From: a virus
Lineage: Duplodnaviria > Caudoviricetes
Reading direction: 5' to 3' (one strand)
Virus record (IMG/VR): IMGVR_UViG_3300028532_000002
Coordinates: 1 to 64,000 of that record
Length of the DNA stretch: 64,000 bases
The notes below the pieces were generated by a model, which had not been told where the DNA came from, made no database searches, and was given only the letters and a program-made list of their open reading frames with translations. Position 1 is the first letter of the stretch. Each line of letters opens with the position of its first letter. Made by a program: the position numbers and the translations under genes. This document shows, one piece after another, positions 9,206 to 18,617 of this stretch.

Positions 9206-9658
9206 TCAGCCGACGGCCAGGCTGAGCGCGAGCGCGAAGGCGACCCCGCTGGCACGGTCGGGGCAGATCCCCCATCCCGCGGGTCCGGCCTTGGGGTGGA
9301 AGACCCACCACGTGCCGTCCTCCTGCTGGGTGACAATCGCGAGTCCGCCGGGACCGTCGTAGGTGAACTGGCGGGCGGCCTCCAAGAGCTTGCGTGCGTC
9401 GGCGAGCTGCCTCCGGACGCGCTCCAGCTCGGCCGTCACCTCGTCCAGGTCCGACAGCGCCTGGTCGTGCTGCGTGGGGGGCTCCGTAACGGCCTGGCCG
9501 TCCACGGTGGCGCGGACGAACCGCCAGTCGCGCTCGTCGTCCTCGTATTCGTCGGGGTCGTCGATCGGCCTAGACCCACCGATCGCCTCGTCCAGGGACA
9601 GGGCCTCGACCTCGACAGTGCGGTGCTGGTGGGCCTCGAAGGTGAGTGCGTACAACAC
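9206..9658 (-). CDS. Hypothetical protein with coiled-coil segment
   Basis: 150-aa ORF with RBS AGGAG. Confidence 0.65.
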   Translation of the reverse strand: MLYALTFEAHQHRTVEVEALSLDEAIGGSRPIDDPDEYEDDERDWRFVRATVDGQAVTEPPTQHDQALSDLDEVTAELERVRRQLADARKLLEAARQFTYDGPGGLAIVTQQEDGTWWVFHPKAGPAGWGICPDRASGVAFALALSLAVG

Positions 9659-9684
9659 GGGGTTCTCCTCTCAGAGGTCAGGGG

Positions 9685-10119
9685 TTAGCGGGCGTCGTGG
9701 ACGTCGACGGCGAGGTGGCGCACCTCGCGGCGGACCCAGGCCAGGTCCCGGTAGAAGTCGGAGGACATCGCCTGCTCGAAGTCGCTCATGCGGGCAAACG
9801 CGGCGGGCACGAGGTCGCCGATGTGGTCGCACGAGAACCCGATCCACCAGCGGCCGTCGGGCTCCCCCGCCGTCCAGGAGATGTGCTCGTTGCCCAGCGC
9901 GGAGTAGGTGAGGCCGCCGTGGGTGTCGTCGTAGGAGCCGGTCAGGTCCGGCAGCTGCCGGGAGTGCCAGGGGTGGTCCTCGGGTACGGCCACGTACCCG
10001 CACAGGTGTCCGCCAGCGGCGCGCGCCACCAGGCACAGCAGGCCGCTCGCGTCGTCCTTCCACTGGTCGCGGTCGGGCTCGTCCTGCCAGAGGCCGTCCG
10101 GCCACTCGGGGTGCGTCAT
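9685..10119 (-). CDS. Conserved phage hypothetical protein
   Basis: HLCGYVAVPEDHPW...HGGLTYS...WWIGFSCDH pattern recognisable from many phages. Confidence 0.75.
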   Translation of the reverse strand: MTHPEWPDGLWQDEPDRDQWKDDASGLLCLVARAAGGHLCGYVAVPEDHPWHSRQLPDLTGSYDDTHGGLTYSALGNEHISWTAGEPDGRWWIGFSCDHIGDLVPAAFARMSDFEQAMSSDFYRDLAWVRREVRHLAVDVHDAR

Positions 10120-10191
10120 CGTCTGTCTCCTCGGGTGCTTGTCTGTTGGGGGGCCGCCCCCCCACTTCCCTGGGGGGCGGCCCGGGTGCCG

Positions 10192-10572
10192 TCAGGAGGA
10201 CGGCAGGTGTCGCACCCAGCGGCCGAGGCGAAGCAGCTCCAGGAGGTGGGCCACCTCCTTGGCCACGGCCTTCGGCTCGGGGTTGACCTCGCCGTCGGGG
10301 CGCACCGGGTAGTGGTGGGCGCGGGTGGAAATGAGCCACCCCGCGCCGGACAGCGGCCCTTCGTCGGGGTGGCTGTTCCACACCAGGTCGGCGTGCAGGC
10401 CCGTCGACCAGTCGCGCTGGATCTCCACCCCCACCCACTCCCTCCCCAGCTCCTTGGCCAGCTCGGGCGTGTCCATCTCGACGTGGGAGACGGGGATGCC
10501 CACCTCGCCCAGGGCCTCGGCGACCTGGTCGGCGTAGGAGCGGATCTCGGCGCGGTTCGTGGGCTTGGGCAT
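10192..10572 (-). CDS. Hypothetical protein
   Basis: 126-aa ORF, RBS AAGGAG, preceded by GC hairpin. Confidence 0.65.
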   Translation of the reverse strand: MPKPTNRAEIRSYADQVAEALGEVGIPVSHVEMDTPELAKELGREWVGVEIQRDWSTGLHADLVWNSHPDEGPLSGAGWLISTRAHHYPVRPDGEVNPEPKAVAKEVAHLLELLRLGRWVRHLPSS

Positions 10573-10632
10573 CGGGGTCTCCTTGGGGGTGGTGGCGGCC
10601 CCGTGTGCGGGGCCGCCGTGCGGCGTTGGGGG

Positions 10633-10857
10633 TCAGGCGGACTGGCGGCGGTTGTACTCGGTGACGACGGCGTCGCGGGCGTGGGTGGGGTAGCCGAACT
10701 CGGGCTGGTTGCGCAGGTCCAGGGGGACGTAGCCCTGGCGGTCGGCGGTGAGGAGCCAGCCCTCCCAGGTGCCCTCGGCGGTGCGGACGATCGCGCCGAT
10801 CTCGGTGCCGTTGTCGGTGACGGGGAGGGGGCGGGTGCGGGTCGCGGTGTTGGCCAT
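10633..10857 (-). CDS. Hypothetical protein
   Basis: MANTATRTRPLP...; first gene downstream of cassette 2. Confidence 0.65.
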   Translation of the reverse strand: MANTATRTRPLPVTDNGTEIGAIVRTAEGTWEGWLLTADRQGYVPLDLRNQPEFGYPTHARDAVVTEYNRRQSA

Positions 10858-10897
10858 CGGTGTCTCCCTGGTTCTGGGGGATGCCCCCAACTTGTTG

Positions 10898-10952
10898 CTG
10901 TCCCCCCACTATACACAGACGGGGGGACAGTTACAAATAAATGGGGGGACAG
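10898..10952 (-). promoter_or_regulatory. Promoter/operator cassette copy 2 (TTGTAA-17-TATAGT)
   Basis: Minus strand: CTGTCCCCCC atttat TTGTAA CTGTCCCCCC gtctgtg TATAGT GGGGGGACAG. Confidence 0.85.
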
Positions 10953-11164
10953 TTTGGGGTGTGTGGCCACGCACCCCTGCCACCAGCACGAACAGCCGCC
11001 GCAGCCTCCCCGAAACCCAACCGCTCCAACTCGAGCACCACCCGTGCCCGCTCCTGCGCCCGCGTCCGCGCCACGAACCCCTCCACCCGCGCCACCTGCT
11101 CACGGGACGCCGACGTCGGATCGAACTCCGCCGCTTGGAGGGCCGCATCCACAACCGCGCTCAC
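10931..11164 (-). CDS. Hypothetical protein
   Basis: GTGA overlap with upstream gene; stop TAA lies in the -35 box of cassette 2. Confidence 0.45.
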   Translation of the reverse strand: MSAVVDAALQAAEFDPTSASREQVARVEGFVARTRAQERARVVLELERLGFGEAAAAVRAGGRGAWPHTPNCPPIYL

Positions 11165-11484
11165 GACCGCGCCACCCCCTCCCACACCCGGATCGGGTGC
11201 CGGTGCGTGCGCGGGTCCGTCGAAGGCGTGTAGCCCACCCCGCGGATCAACCCGGCCTTGACGGCCGCCTGGAACCGGCCGCCGACCGCCCCCGGCCGAA
11301 CCCCCTCCGGGATCTCCCCCCGCAGATCGTTCGCAGAGAACCGCTCCCCCGTCGCCGCCCGGCGCGCGATCAGCGCGTCCAGGCCCGCGATCCCCTCCGG
11401 CAGGGACGCCCGCACCGCGCGCCCCATGCCCTCCTCTGCGCGCCGGCCACCCTCGGCCAGCGCTTCCTCGATCGTCAGCTGCAT
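11161..11484 (-). CDS. Hypothetical protein
   Basis: 107-aa ORF MQLTIEEALAEG...; RBS GGAGG. Confidence 0.65.
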   Translation of the reverse strand: MQLTIEEALAEGGRRAEEGMGRAVRASLPEGIAGLDALIARRAATGERFSANDLRGEIPEGVRPGAVGGRFQAAVKAGLIRGVGYTPSTDPRTHRHPIRVWEGVARS

Positions 11485-11557
11485 GTCCCCTCCCTGGGGG
11501 TTCGAGTGGGCCCGCCGTGCCCATGGCGATCCGAGGGCACGACGGGCGGACAGTGGG

Positions 11558-12367
11558 TTAGGCGGCCGGCACCGCGGGCAGCGGACGTCGGGGGGCGCTC
11601 TCGGATTCGAGATCCAGCGGCACCGCGTCCGGGTCGGTGATGTCCAGCCCCGCCCATGCCGCAGCCGGAACCCATCCCTCCCGGGCGGCCTTGCGGCGGG
11701 ACCGCTCCGCGTCCGCAGCCGACGCCGGAACAGGGAGGGTCCCCCACATACGCCGGATGGCGATCGCGCTCGAGAGCCGCACCTCCGGGTACACGCCGCG
11801 GCGAATCTTGCCGAGCGCAGTCACCGTCAGCCCTGACGCATCGGCCATCGTGGTCAGCGAGTGCCCGGCCGCGGTCATGGCCTGGAGTATGCGTCGGGGG
11901 CCGGTGGCGTCCACCAGGGCGGGGGGCGGCCCATCGGTGGTGTCTGCGGGGTCCGGGACGATCACCAGGGCGCACGCCTCCTCCAGGGGCCCCTGTGCCT
12001 CTTCCTCCTCCGAGACGTCCCCCGGCTCTGGTTCGTCCGCTGCGGCCTCCCGGGCGGCAGCGGCAGCGAGGACCTGCGCGACGATCCCCTCCAGGTCGAC
12101 GGGCTCCTCGGCCCGGCGCCGCGCCATCACCCTCTTGCGGACCCGCGCACGCTCGTCTTCGGTCAGCCCGCCCCACATGCCCCATTGCTTCGCCGGGGGC
12201 CGCTCCAGCTCGACCTCCAAGCAGTCCAGCCGCACCGGACACGCGGCACAGATCTCCCGCGCGGCGGCCTCTCGGGCCTCGCGCTCGGGCTGGCGTTCAC
12301 CGGGCGGACCGAAGAAGAGCACCAGGTCCTCGCCGCGGCACTCGGCGTCGTCCTGCCACCGCCACAC
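11558..12367 (-). CDS. whiB: WhiB-family Fe-S transcription regulator with C-terminal extension (HTH-like)
   Basis: WQDDAECRGED...ICAACPVRLDC...WGMWGGLTEDER: four Cys plus GxWGG turn. Confidence 0.9.
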   Translation of the reverse strand: MWRWQDDAECRGEDLVLFFGPPGERQPEREAREAAAREICAACPVRLDCLEVELERPPAKQWGMWGGLTEDERARVRKRVMARRRAEEPVDLEGIVAQVLAAAAAREAAADEPEPGDVSEEEEAQGPLEEACALVIVPDPADTTDGPPPALVDATGPRRILQAMTAAGHSLTTMADASGLTVTALGKIRRGVYPEVRLSSAIAIRRMWGTLPVPASAADAERSRRKAAREGWVPAAAWAGLDITDPDAVPLDLESESAPRRPLPAVPAA

Positions 12368-12378
12368 CGTGGACCTCC

Positions 12379-12900
12379 TCACGGGGCCACCTCCAGCTGG
12401 CGGACGAGGATGACCACGCCGGGAACACGGCGGGCGTACAGGTCGAACACGTCGGGGTCGTCCGCCACGTAGCGCTTCGCGAGGGCCCCGTACTCGACCA
12501 CCCGGGCGTCGTCCTTCCACAGGCCCGCGGACGTGAGCGCGTCCTCGGTGGACCGGGCGAGCTTGGACAGGTCGGGCGGCCCGGTCGGGTGGGCGGTCTT
12601 CGCCCAGCCCTTCAGCACGCCTTCGTTGCGCCCGGTCCCGTAGTGCGACTTTGGGCGAGCGATCGAGAAGACCATGTCCACCGACAAGGCACCGGGGAGC
12701 GGGAACCGCGACCGGTTGGGCTGCCGGTACATCCACACCTCGGCGGCCGTGCGCACGTCCTCGCGCCACGGCCTGACATATTCCGACATCTCGACCATGG
12801 CGATCTTCTCGCCGCGGGCGAACGCCTTCTTGCTGCCCTGGGGTGCGGGCCTCCCTGCGACGTTGAGGTAGACGTCGGTCCCTGCTGGGATGAGTTTCAC
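12379..12900 (-). CDS. rusA: RusA-like Holliday junction resolvase
   Basis: GRPAPQGSK...PDLSKLARSTEDAL...WKDDARVV motifs. Confidence 0.9.
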   Translation of the reverse strand: MKLIPAGTDVYLNVAGRPAPQGSKKAFARGEKIAMVEMSEYVRPWREDVRTAAEVWMYRQPNRSRFPLPGALSVDMVFSIARPKSHYGTGRNEGVLKGWAKTAHPTGPPDLSKLARSTEDALTSAGLWKDDARVVEYGALAKRYVADDPDVFDLYARRVPGVVILVRQLEVAP

Positions 12901-12969
12901 GTGGTGCTCCTGCTGATGAAGGGGGCCGCCCCGTGCCCCACGCGACGGGGCGGCCCGAAGGGGGAAGGT

Positions 12970-13296
12970 CTAGTAGCGCTGCTCGGCCTGGCGGAGCAGC
13001 TCCTCAGCGACCTTGTGGCCGCCGTACCTACGGCGAAGCTCCCGGACTGCAGACCGCAGGTCGGAGTCCGTCGGCGAAGGAACCGGCTGACACCGGCTGG
13101 TACGCCCGTCCTCGAACCCGCGGTCGTAGATGCGCTGCCAGTCGAGACGGGAAGCTGCACCGTCGTGCGGCATCCGGCAGTTCGAGCACGGCGCGTCGGT
13201 GGTGCTGGTCGCCGGGTCGATACCGGCACCACCGCACCGGCCGCACTCGGCGCCCGCAACCTGTCCGGCGGGGGCTGCGCTGGTGGGGGTGCTCAT
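12970..13296 (-). CDS. Hypothetical protein with CxxC zinc-finger-like motifs
   Basis: CGRCGGAG...CSNC; RBS AGGAG. Confidence 0.55.
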   Translation of the reverse strand: MSTPTSAAPAGQVAGAECGRCGGAGIDPATSTTDAPCSNCRMPHDGAASRLDWQRIYDRGFEDGRTSRCQPVPSPTDSDLRSAVRELRRRYGGHKVAEELLRQAEQRY

Positions 13297-13553
13297 CGGG
13301 TCTCCTGCGGGGGCTGGTAGGGGCGGCGGGTGGGCATGTCGATGGGCTCGATCACGGCCCACAGCATCGGGTCCACCCACGGGGTGCGGCCCGGGTCGGT
13401 GTCCAGGACCGGCGGGGCGGCCGGGGCCGGCCGCGGCGGGGAAGCCTCCGAGCGGGCACGCACCCGCGGGGCGACCTCCGCTGGAGAGGGGGTCTTCGGA
13501 AGCTCGTCATGGCCGACCAGCCAGCCCCTGAGGTTCTGCATCCAGGTGTTCAC
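13293..13553 (-). CDS. Hypothetical Pro-rich protein
   Basis: GTGA overlaps; RBS GGAGG. Confidence 0.5.
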   Translation of the reverse strand: MNTWMQNLRGWLVGHDELPKTPSPAEVAPRVRARSEASPPRPAPAAPPVLDTDPGRTPWVDPMLWAVIEPIDMPTRRPYQPPQETR

Positions 13554-13903
13554 TCGGAGCCTCCGGTCAGGTCGTCGGGCACGTAGTCGGGGACGTCGAT
13601 CTCGACGTCGGCGGCGATCATCTGCGTGGCGAACCGCTCCAAGTGCTCCGCGGCGTGCAGCGCCAGCGCCGCCAGCTCGGCGTCCGACACCTCGCGGGCG
13701 CCGATCACCGACCGGGCGTGGGCAAACAGCACGGCGTGCAAGGTTCGGTGGGCGCACCGCAGGTTGTACTCCGGGGTGCCGGGGCCGGTCGCGAGGAGAA
13801 GCGCGAGCGGCGGGGCCGCCGCCCCCCGGAGGGGGCGGCGGAACGTGAGGATGCGGCCGAGGTCGTTGACGGTGAGTTCCCGCAGGAACCGGCCCAGGCT
13901 CAT
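13550..13903 (-). CDS. Hypothetical protein
   Basis: MSLGRFLRELT...; ATGA overlap. Confidence 0.55.
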   Translation of the reverse strand: MSLGRFLRELTVNDLGRILTFRRPLRGAAAPPLALLLATGPGTPEYNLRCAHRTLHAVLFAHARSVIGAREVSDAELAALALHAAEHLERFATQMIAADVEIDVPDYVPDDLTGGSE

Positions 13904-13989
13904 CGCTGCCTCCGCTCGGCGCGGGCGACCACGAGGACCAGGACTGCCGCGACGAACGCCGTGGCGAGGATGGCCACGATGAGGATCAC
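13900..13989 (-). CDS. Very small single-TM peptide
   Basis: VILIVAILATAFVAAVLVLVVARAERRQR; overlaps both neighbours by 4 bp. Confidence 0.4.
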   Translation of the reverse strand: MILIVAILATAFVAAVLVLVVARAERRQR

Positions 13990-14336
13990 GACCCACCCCC
14001 GGAGTTCACGAAGTTCATCTCGGCCTTCTGGGCGGAGAAGATGCTCCGACCAACCTCCACGCGGGTGTGCAGCGCCCGGATGTGCGCCTGCTGAACCTTC
14101 GTGACGGACTCCGCGAGCGACCAGGTGCGCCACTGCTTCTCGCACTCCAGCCACGCGGTCTGCTTGCGCATCTCCGCCGACCCGGGCGTGTCCCGGAAGG
14201 CGCGCGCGAACGCGGCCTTGAAGTCGCCCTCGGTGCCCACCCGAATCTCGTCCAGGCGACGGAGCTCGACGACGGCCGCAGCAAGCTCACGGGAGATCGC
14301 CTTGAGCTCCTGAAAGGTCTGTTCCAGCTCAGACAT
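13986..14336 (-). CDS. Hypothetical helical protein
   Basis: 116-aa ORF after recT. Confidence 0.7.
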   Translation of the reverse strand: MSELEQTFQELKAISRELAAAVVELRRLDEIRVGTEGDFKAAFARAFRDTPGSAEMRKQTAWLECEKQWRTWSLAESVTKVQQAHIRALHTRVEVGRSIFSAQKAEMNFVNSGGGS

Positions 14337-15207
14337 CGGACCCGCCCTTGGTCTCCTGCGGGCCCGGCGTCTGCACCTGCGGGCCGCCCTCCTGCGCCGG
14401 GGGCAGGGCGGGGCGGGCGTGGACGCCGTCGGCCGTCACGTCGGTGCGCACGGCCCCGTCGTGGGCGAGTGCCTGCGCCAGCTCCGGCGTCTTCGGCAGG
14501 ATCTTGAACAGGGTGCGGATGACCGTCTTCTTGGCCATCTCGTCGTAGTGGTCCTTCCACGGGCCGAAGTCCGGCTGCTTGGACTGGCGGCGGTGCTCCT
14601 CGATCTCGTCCGGCTCCATCACCAGGAACACGAACCCGCCGTTGGACAGGTGGGCGACCGCGTAGTAGTCCGTCACCGGTCCGCGCTCACCCCGGGCGGG
14701 CTTGTGCCGCAGGTACCGCTGGGTGCCGTACTCGTAGTCGAAGGCGTCCCGCTCCCGAACCGCCTGCACGTCGATCCCGGCCGCCAGCGGGTGCTGCCAG
14801 AACAGCTTGAGCATGCCCTTGTAGCCGATGACCAGCTGGACCTGGTGCTCCCCGTCCCGGCTGCTGTAGAACGGCAGCAGGTACGCCTCACCGGCCGCCC
14901 CGCCCGGTTCCAGCCCCAGCTGGACGCAGTTCATCAGCGCCCCGGTGAACGACTGGAGGTTGGCCTTCCCCAGGTTCTTGACGTTCTTGACCTCGGTCAG
15001 GGCGATGCGCGCCATACGGTCCGCGCTGATCATCCCGGGCAGGGCCCGTTCCATCTGCGGGATCATCTGCTCGATCGCCTGGTGCGGCGTGCGCGGGGGC
15101 ACCGCAACCTGCTGGCCGGCGTTCTCCTGCTCCAGCGAGGGAGAGTCCTGGCGGGAGGTGTTCTCGGCCTTGGCGGCCAGGGCCTGGTTCAGGGAGTGGT
15201 GGTTCAC
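14329..15207 (-). CDS. recT: RecT-family single-strand annealing recombinase
   Basis: SFTGALMNCVQLGLEPG...AYLLPF...QLVIGYKG...EMAKKTVIR. Confidence 0.95.
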   Translation of the reverse strand: MNHHSLNQALAAKAENTSRQDSPSLEQENAGQQVAVPPRTPHQAIEQMIPQMERALPGMISADRMARIALTEVKNVKNLGKANLQSFTGALMNCVQLGLEPGGAAGEAYLLPFYSSRDGEHQVQLVIGYKGMLKLFWQHPLAAGIDVQAVRERDAFDYEYGTQRYLRHKPARGERGPVTDYYAVAHLSNGGFVFLVMEPDEIEEHRRQSKQPDFGPWKDHYDEMAKKTVIRTLFKILPKTPELAQALAHDGAVRTDVTADGVHARPALPPAQEGGPQVQTPGPQETKGGSDV

Positions 15208-16271
15208 TTCTGGGTCCTCTCAGCGGGCACGCGCAGCACACGCGCCCGGAACTGGGCGTAGATCTCGGGGTGGTCGACGGCCAGGCGCTTGTCGTCGACG
15301 GCGGCGACCTGGTGGATGTACTCGCGCGCCAGGTCGGGGTGCGCCTCACGGAACCGCTTCGCGGCGAAGGTCCCGTTGGCCTTGTAGGTGAACAGCTCAG
15401 CGCTGTCGTCCTCGCCGACGATCACCTCGGCCGCCCCGGCGAGCTTGCGCAGCCGGTTCTTCACCCCGCGCAGGGCCGCGGTGGCTTCCTTCTCAGCGAC
15501 CTTCAGCCGCTCCAGCTCGGCCAGCAGCGGCTCCACCTCGGCCGGGTCGACGTTGGCGATCGCACCCGGGTCGACCTGGTACAGGTGGCCCAGGAGTTCG
15601 CTGGTGGCCTCGGAAGAGTCGATCTGCGGCTCCCGGCCCTCCAGCACCCCCCGCCAGAAGTCCGCAACGAGCGTGACCAGGTTGGCTTCCAGCTCGTGGT
15701 CGCGCTCGATCCTGTGCCACCGAACCTTGTTGCCGCCGATGAGGGCGGCCACCGCCGCGTAGGGGTAGCCGGAGACGGCCATCCCCCAGTGGCCCTGGAT
15801 CGCGGGCGCGGCCGGGACACCGTCCTCCCACTGGTCGAGCTGGTACTCGCTGCGGTTCTTCACCTCCAACACGCCCCGCTCCCCCCAGGGGTCGGAGGCG
15901 ATGCCGTCGAGGTTGACGCGCATCCACGGGGCCTCGGCGTGCGCGAGGGTGCCGGGGGCACGCTCCCAGGAGTAGCCGGACCGGTGTGCCCACCGGTCCG
16001 CGATGACGTCCTGGAGGGCGTGCCCCATCTCGCCGTACTCGGCCAGGTCGGGGTTCTCGGGCAGGGTCGGCATCTCCCCGCGCTTCTCCAGGTACACCGA
16101 CAGCGGCGACGTGTACCGGCTCATGCCCAGCGCGGCGGCCACGTCCGACCCGCCCATGCCACCGAGACGGGTCTGGTGCCACTCCGGCGACCCGTCGGGC
16201 GCGGTCGACACGACGTAGGCGGTCGGGGTCACGAGCGCCCGGGTGCCCGGGCGCTCCTCGATGACGGTCAC
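15204..16271 (-). CDS. YqaJ-like viral recombinase exonuclease
   Basis: WHQTRLGGMGGSDVAAALG, NLDG, LEVKN, Q..W.M motifs; adjacent to recT. Confidence 0.93.
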   Translation of the reverse strand: MTVIEERPGTRALVTPTAYVVSTAPDGSPEWHQTRLGGMGGSDVAAALGMSRYTSPLSVYLEKRGEMPTLPENPDLAEYGEMGHALQDVIADRWAHRSGYSWERAPGTLAHAEAPWMRVNLDGIASDPWGERGVLEVKNRSEYQLDQWEDGVPAAPAIQGHWGMAVSGYPYAAVAALIGGNKVRWHRIERDHELEANLVTLVADFWRGVLEGREPQIDSSEATSELLGHLYQVDPGAIANVDPAEVEPLLAELERLKVAEKEATAALRGVKNRLRKLAGAAEVIVGEDDSAELFTYKANGTFAAKRFREAHPDLAREYIHQVAAVDDKRLAVDHPEIYAQFRARVLRVPAERTQK

Positions 16272-16711
16272 AGCTGTCGTCCCTCCGTCGTCACAGGGCA
16301 GGTGCGGTCGTGGATCTTCGCCGTCGCTTTGGCCTGGACGTCGTCGACGAAGCCGCGCTCGACCCCGCCGCACCGGAAGTGCCGGAAGCCGGTGCCGCCG
16401 TCGACCAGCTCCCACGCGGGCGCCGGGCTCGGCGTCGGGTCAGGAATCGGGGCGGTCTTCGCCGGGGCCTGCTCCACCTCGGCCCGGTGGGCGCGCATCG
16501 CCCGGCGGTTCTCGGCGGCGCGGGACTCCGCGGAGCCGAGCAGGAGGGCCCGGCGCACCAGGCGCTCCAGGGCGGGCAGGTGTCCGGCCTCGGCGGCGTG
16601 GGAGAGGGCGACGCGCTCAGGCTCGAAGACCTCCAGGCCGGAGTTCTCGATGCTGTCGAACGCGCGCTGGAGGGTGGCGTCGGCGGCCATCAAGTTCGGG
16701 TCGTAGCTCAC
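16268..16711 (-). CDS. Hypothetical protein
   Basis: 147-aa ORF in overlapping chain. Confidence 0.65.
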   Translation of the reverse strand: MSYDPNLMAADATLQRAFDSIENSGLEVFEPERVALSHAAEAGHLPALERLVRRALLLGSAESRAAENRRAMRAHRAEVEQAPAKTAPIPDPTPSPAPAWELVDGGTGFRHFRCGGVERGFVDDVQAKATAKIHDRTCPVTTEGRQL

Positions 16712-16968
16712 GACGCCTCCCCGTGGTCCGCGATCAGCTCGCGGTCCTGGTAGTAGCCGTCCAGCTGACCGAGCGCGTACACGAGCGACTCGATCGTGCA
16801 GCGGGCGCCGGTCGGGTCGCCGTCCGCGACCGTCAGCGTCTGGGTGATCCCGGTGGCGGGGTCGGTGACCTCCACCGCAGGCTCCGCACTCAGGCGGGGA
16901 ACGGCGGCGTCCCCCATCAGGGGGAGGACGAGATCGACCGTGTGGTCGATCGGGCTAGGGTGTTTCAC
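16708..16968 (-). CDS. Hypothetical protein
   Basis: 86-aa ORF, RBS AGGAG. Confidence 0.6.
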   Translation of the reverse strand: MKHPSPIDHTVDLVLPLMGDAAVPRLSAEPAVEVTDPATGITQTLTVADGDPTGARCTIESLVYALGQLDGYYQDRELIADHGEAS

Positions 16969-17049
16969 GGCACTGCTCCTGTCAGGTTGGTGGTGCCTAC
17001 GCCCTCGCCCTGGGGTCCAAGCCGGGCGGGGGCATCTTCATGCGCGCGG

Positions 17050-17325
17050 TCAGGCCGCGCGGGTGCTCGGCTCAACGGCGGTCGTCGCGGGGACGCACAT
17101 GCGGGAGATCTCGCGGGCGACGCTGGGCGGGAGCGGGCCGACGATGATCGAGCCCAGACGGCCGACCAGTGCGGTACTCCACGCCTGCCCCGGACGCGGC
17201 GGCCCGGTCAGGTACTTCACGTACTCCTCGCGCGGGGTGCCGGTGTAGGCCACCGACGCCTGAATGTGCGGCTCACACTCGGCCAGGAACGCGGTCAGGT
17301 CAGGGGTTTCGGTCGGCCCGCTCAT
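17050..17325 (-). CDS. Hypothetical protein
   Basis: ATGA overlap with Cro-like gene. Confidence 0.6.
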   Translation of the reverse strand: MSGPTETPDLTAFLAECEPHIQASVAYTGTPREEYVKYLTGPPRPGQAWSTALVGRLGSIIVGPLPPSVAREISRMCVPATTAVEPSTRAA

Positions 17326-17570
17326 GCCGATTCGCCAAGTTCTGTGCCGTCGGCCGTGGGGAGGGTGGGGAAGCTGATGTCCTCCAGCTCCGCAGCGAGC
17401 GCGTCGGCGATCCCTACCGCCGTTTCCGGCGCGGCGCGGCGCTTCCCGCGCTCGATCCGGGAGATCGACGACGGCGTGACACCAGCGACATCAGCGATCT
17501 CGCGCTGTGTCAGGCCTGCCTTCTTCCTCAGCTCCCGCACGGCCAAGCCGTAGATTTTTCGTGTCGCCAT
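17322..17570 (-). CDS. Cro-like XRE-family HTH regulator
   Basis: VRELRKKAGLTQREIADVAGVTPSSISRIERG; divergent from repressor-like gene. Confidence 0.92.
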   Translation of the reverse strand: MATRKIYGLAVRELRKKAGLTQREIADVAGVTPSSISRIERGKRRAAPETAVGIADALAAELEDISFPTLPTADGTELGESA

Positions 17571-17590
17571 GAGGGCACTCTAGGGGACTT

Positions 17591-17750
17591 CTGGGCACAT
17601 TCACAACCCTTGAAGGGTTCTTTTGGGTTCATGCGGAGTCCCAAACCCCACCAGTAAAGTTGGGAACTTTTTTGCACCCGGCTATCCGTCGAGAATCCTT
17701 ACGGGGTAGCATCTGCGCGAGACTGGGGCCCGAGCCCAAATGTGCCCAAA
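17591..17750. promoter_or_regulatory. Divergent switch region with palindrome AACCCTTGAAGGGTT (17605-17619) and operator copy B (17614-17633)
   Basis: AT-richer intergenic region between divergent HTH genes; inverted ATGTGCCCA copies at ~17592 and ~17740. Confidence 0.65.
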
Positions 17751-17786
17751 GGGCCCCTTCGGGGGGTGAATCGCGAAGGAGCGAGC

Positions 17787-18359
17787 ATGACTGACACGCC
17801 TGAACTCGACTACTGGAAGCGCATCGCAAGTTGCCTACAGCGACAGCGCGTAACGCTGCACCCCGACTACGCGGTGCGTCGGGCGTGGATCAAGCACACC
17901 GTCCCTCTCGGACTGAAGAAACGGGTCGTGGACGACCTGGAACAAGGAGCCCGCGGCAACTTCAAAAAGTCGACACTCGCCCTGGCCGAACGGCTCTATG
18001 GTCTGCCTGAGGGGTGGATTACCGACTCCCTCGAATCGATGCGCGCCGGCGGAGACCCCCTCCCTCTCCCCGAGCAGCCCGTCTCCCACACCGGCCCCAT
18101 ACTTGTGCCCGCAGGACAGCACCCGCCGGGCCATCAAGGCGAGCCAGCGCAGATACTGCGCGGCATCCCTCCCCTGGAGAAGGACGAGAAGCTCACCGTC
18201 TGGGACTCCGGAGACGGCCGGCTGGACTACGAGTTCGTGAAGAAGGAGATCCCTGGAGCCCGGTCGCCCGTGACGCTCACCGCGGACTACCCGGCCGAGG
18301 ACACCCTGGAGGCCGTGGTGCGGCGCCTACGCCACACGGTTCTCGGTCTTCACAGGTGA
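17787..18359 (+). CDS. Putative immunity repressor (degenerate XRE-like HTH plus C-terminal domain)
   Basis: VVDDLEQGARGNFKKSTLALAERLYGL resembles actinobacterial XRE recognition helices; position between cro-like gene and integrase. Confidence 0.6.
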   Translation: MTDTPELDYWKRIASCLQRQRVTLHPDYAVRRAWIKHTVPLGLKKRVVDDLEQGARGNFKKSTLALAERLYGLPEGWITDSLESMRAGGDPLPLPEQPVSHTGPILVPAGQHPPGHQGEPAQILRGIPPLEKDEKLTVWDSGDGRLDYEFVKKEIPGARSPVTLTADYPAEDTLEAVVRRLRHTVLGLHR

Positions 18360-18617
18360 ACACCAGGTGACCTGGTGAACCGGATTTACCTCTTGTGCGT
18401 CGTATTGTCACGAGGCGATGTAAACCCCGCCTCTGCATAGCCATGCCCGAACGACCTTTTGTGGCGTTTTGCCTGGTCAGATAGGGTAAAATTTGTCACG
18501 ACGGTGTGATTTGGGCTTTACCAAAGTGACCCAGATCACATAGCGTCGCAGATCCGCCCACCCGGGCACCCCCGACCTTCCCCCGGGGCCTCCTACCACG
18601 ACGCGAGGCGGTCTACG

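Noticed and set aside
9646-11640. Long plus-strand ORFs in the track (e.g. 664 aa here; also 5494..7134, 11656..13320, 33525..35864, 58400..60235)
   Set aside because: Shadow ORFs of high-GC DNA: Arg/Gly/Pro-rich, no motifs, antisense to genes with clear signatures and RBSs
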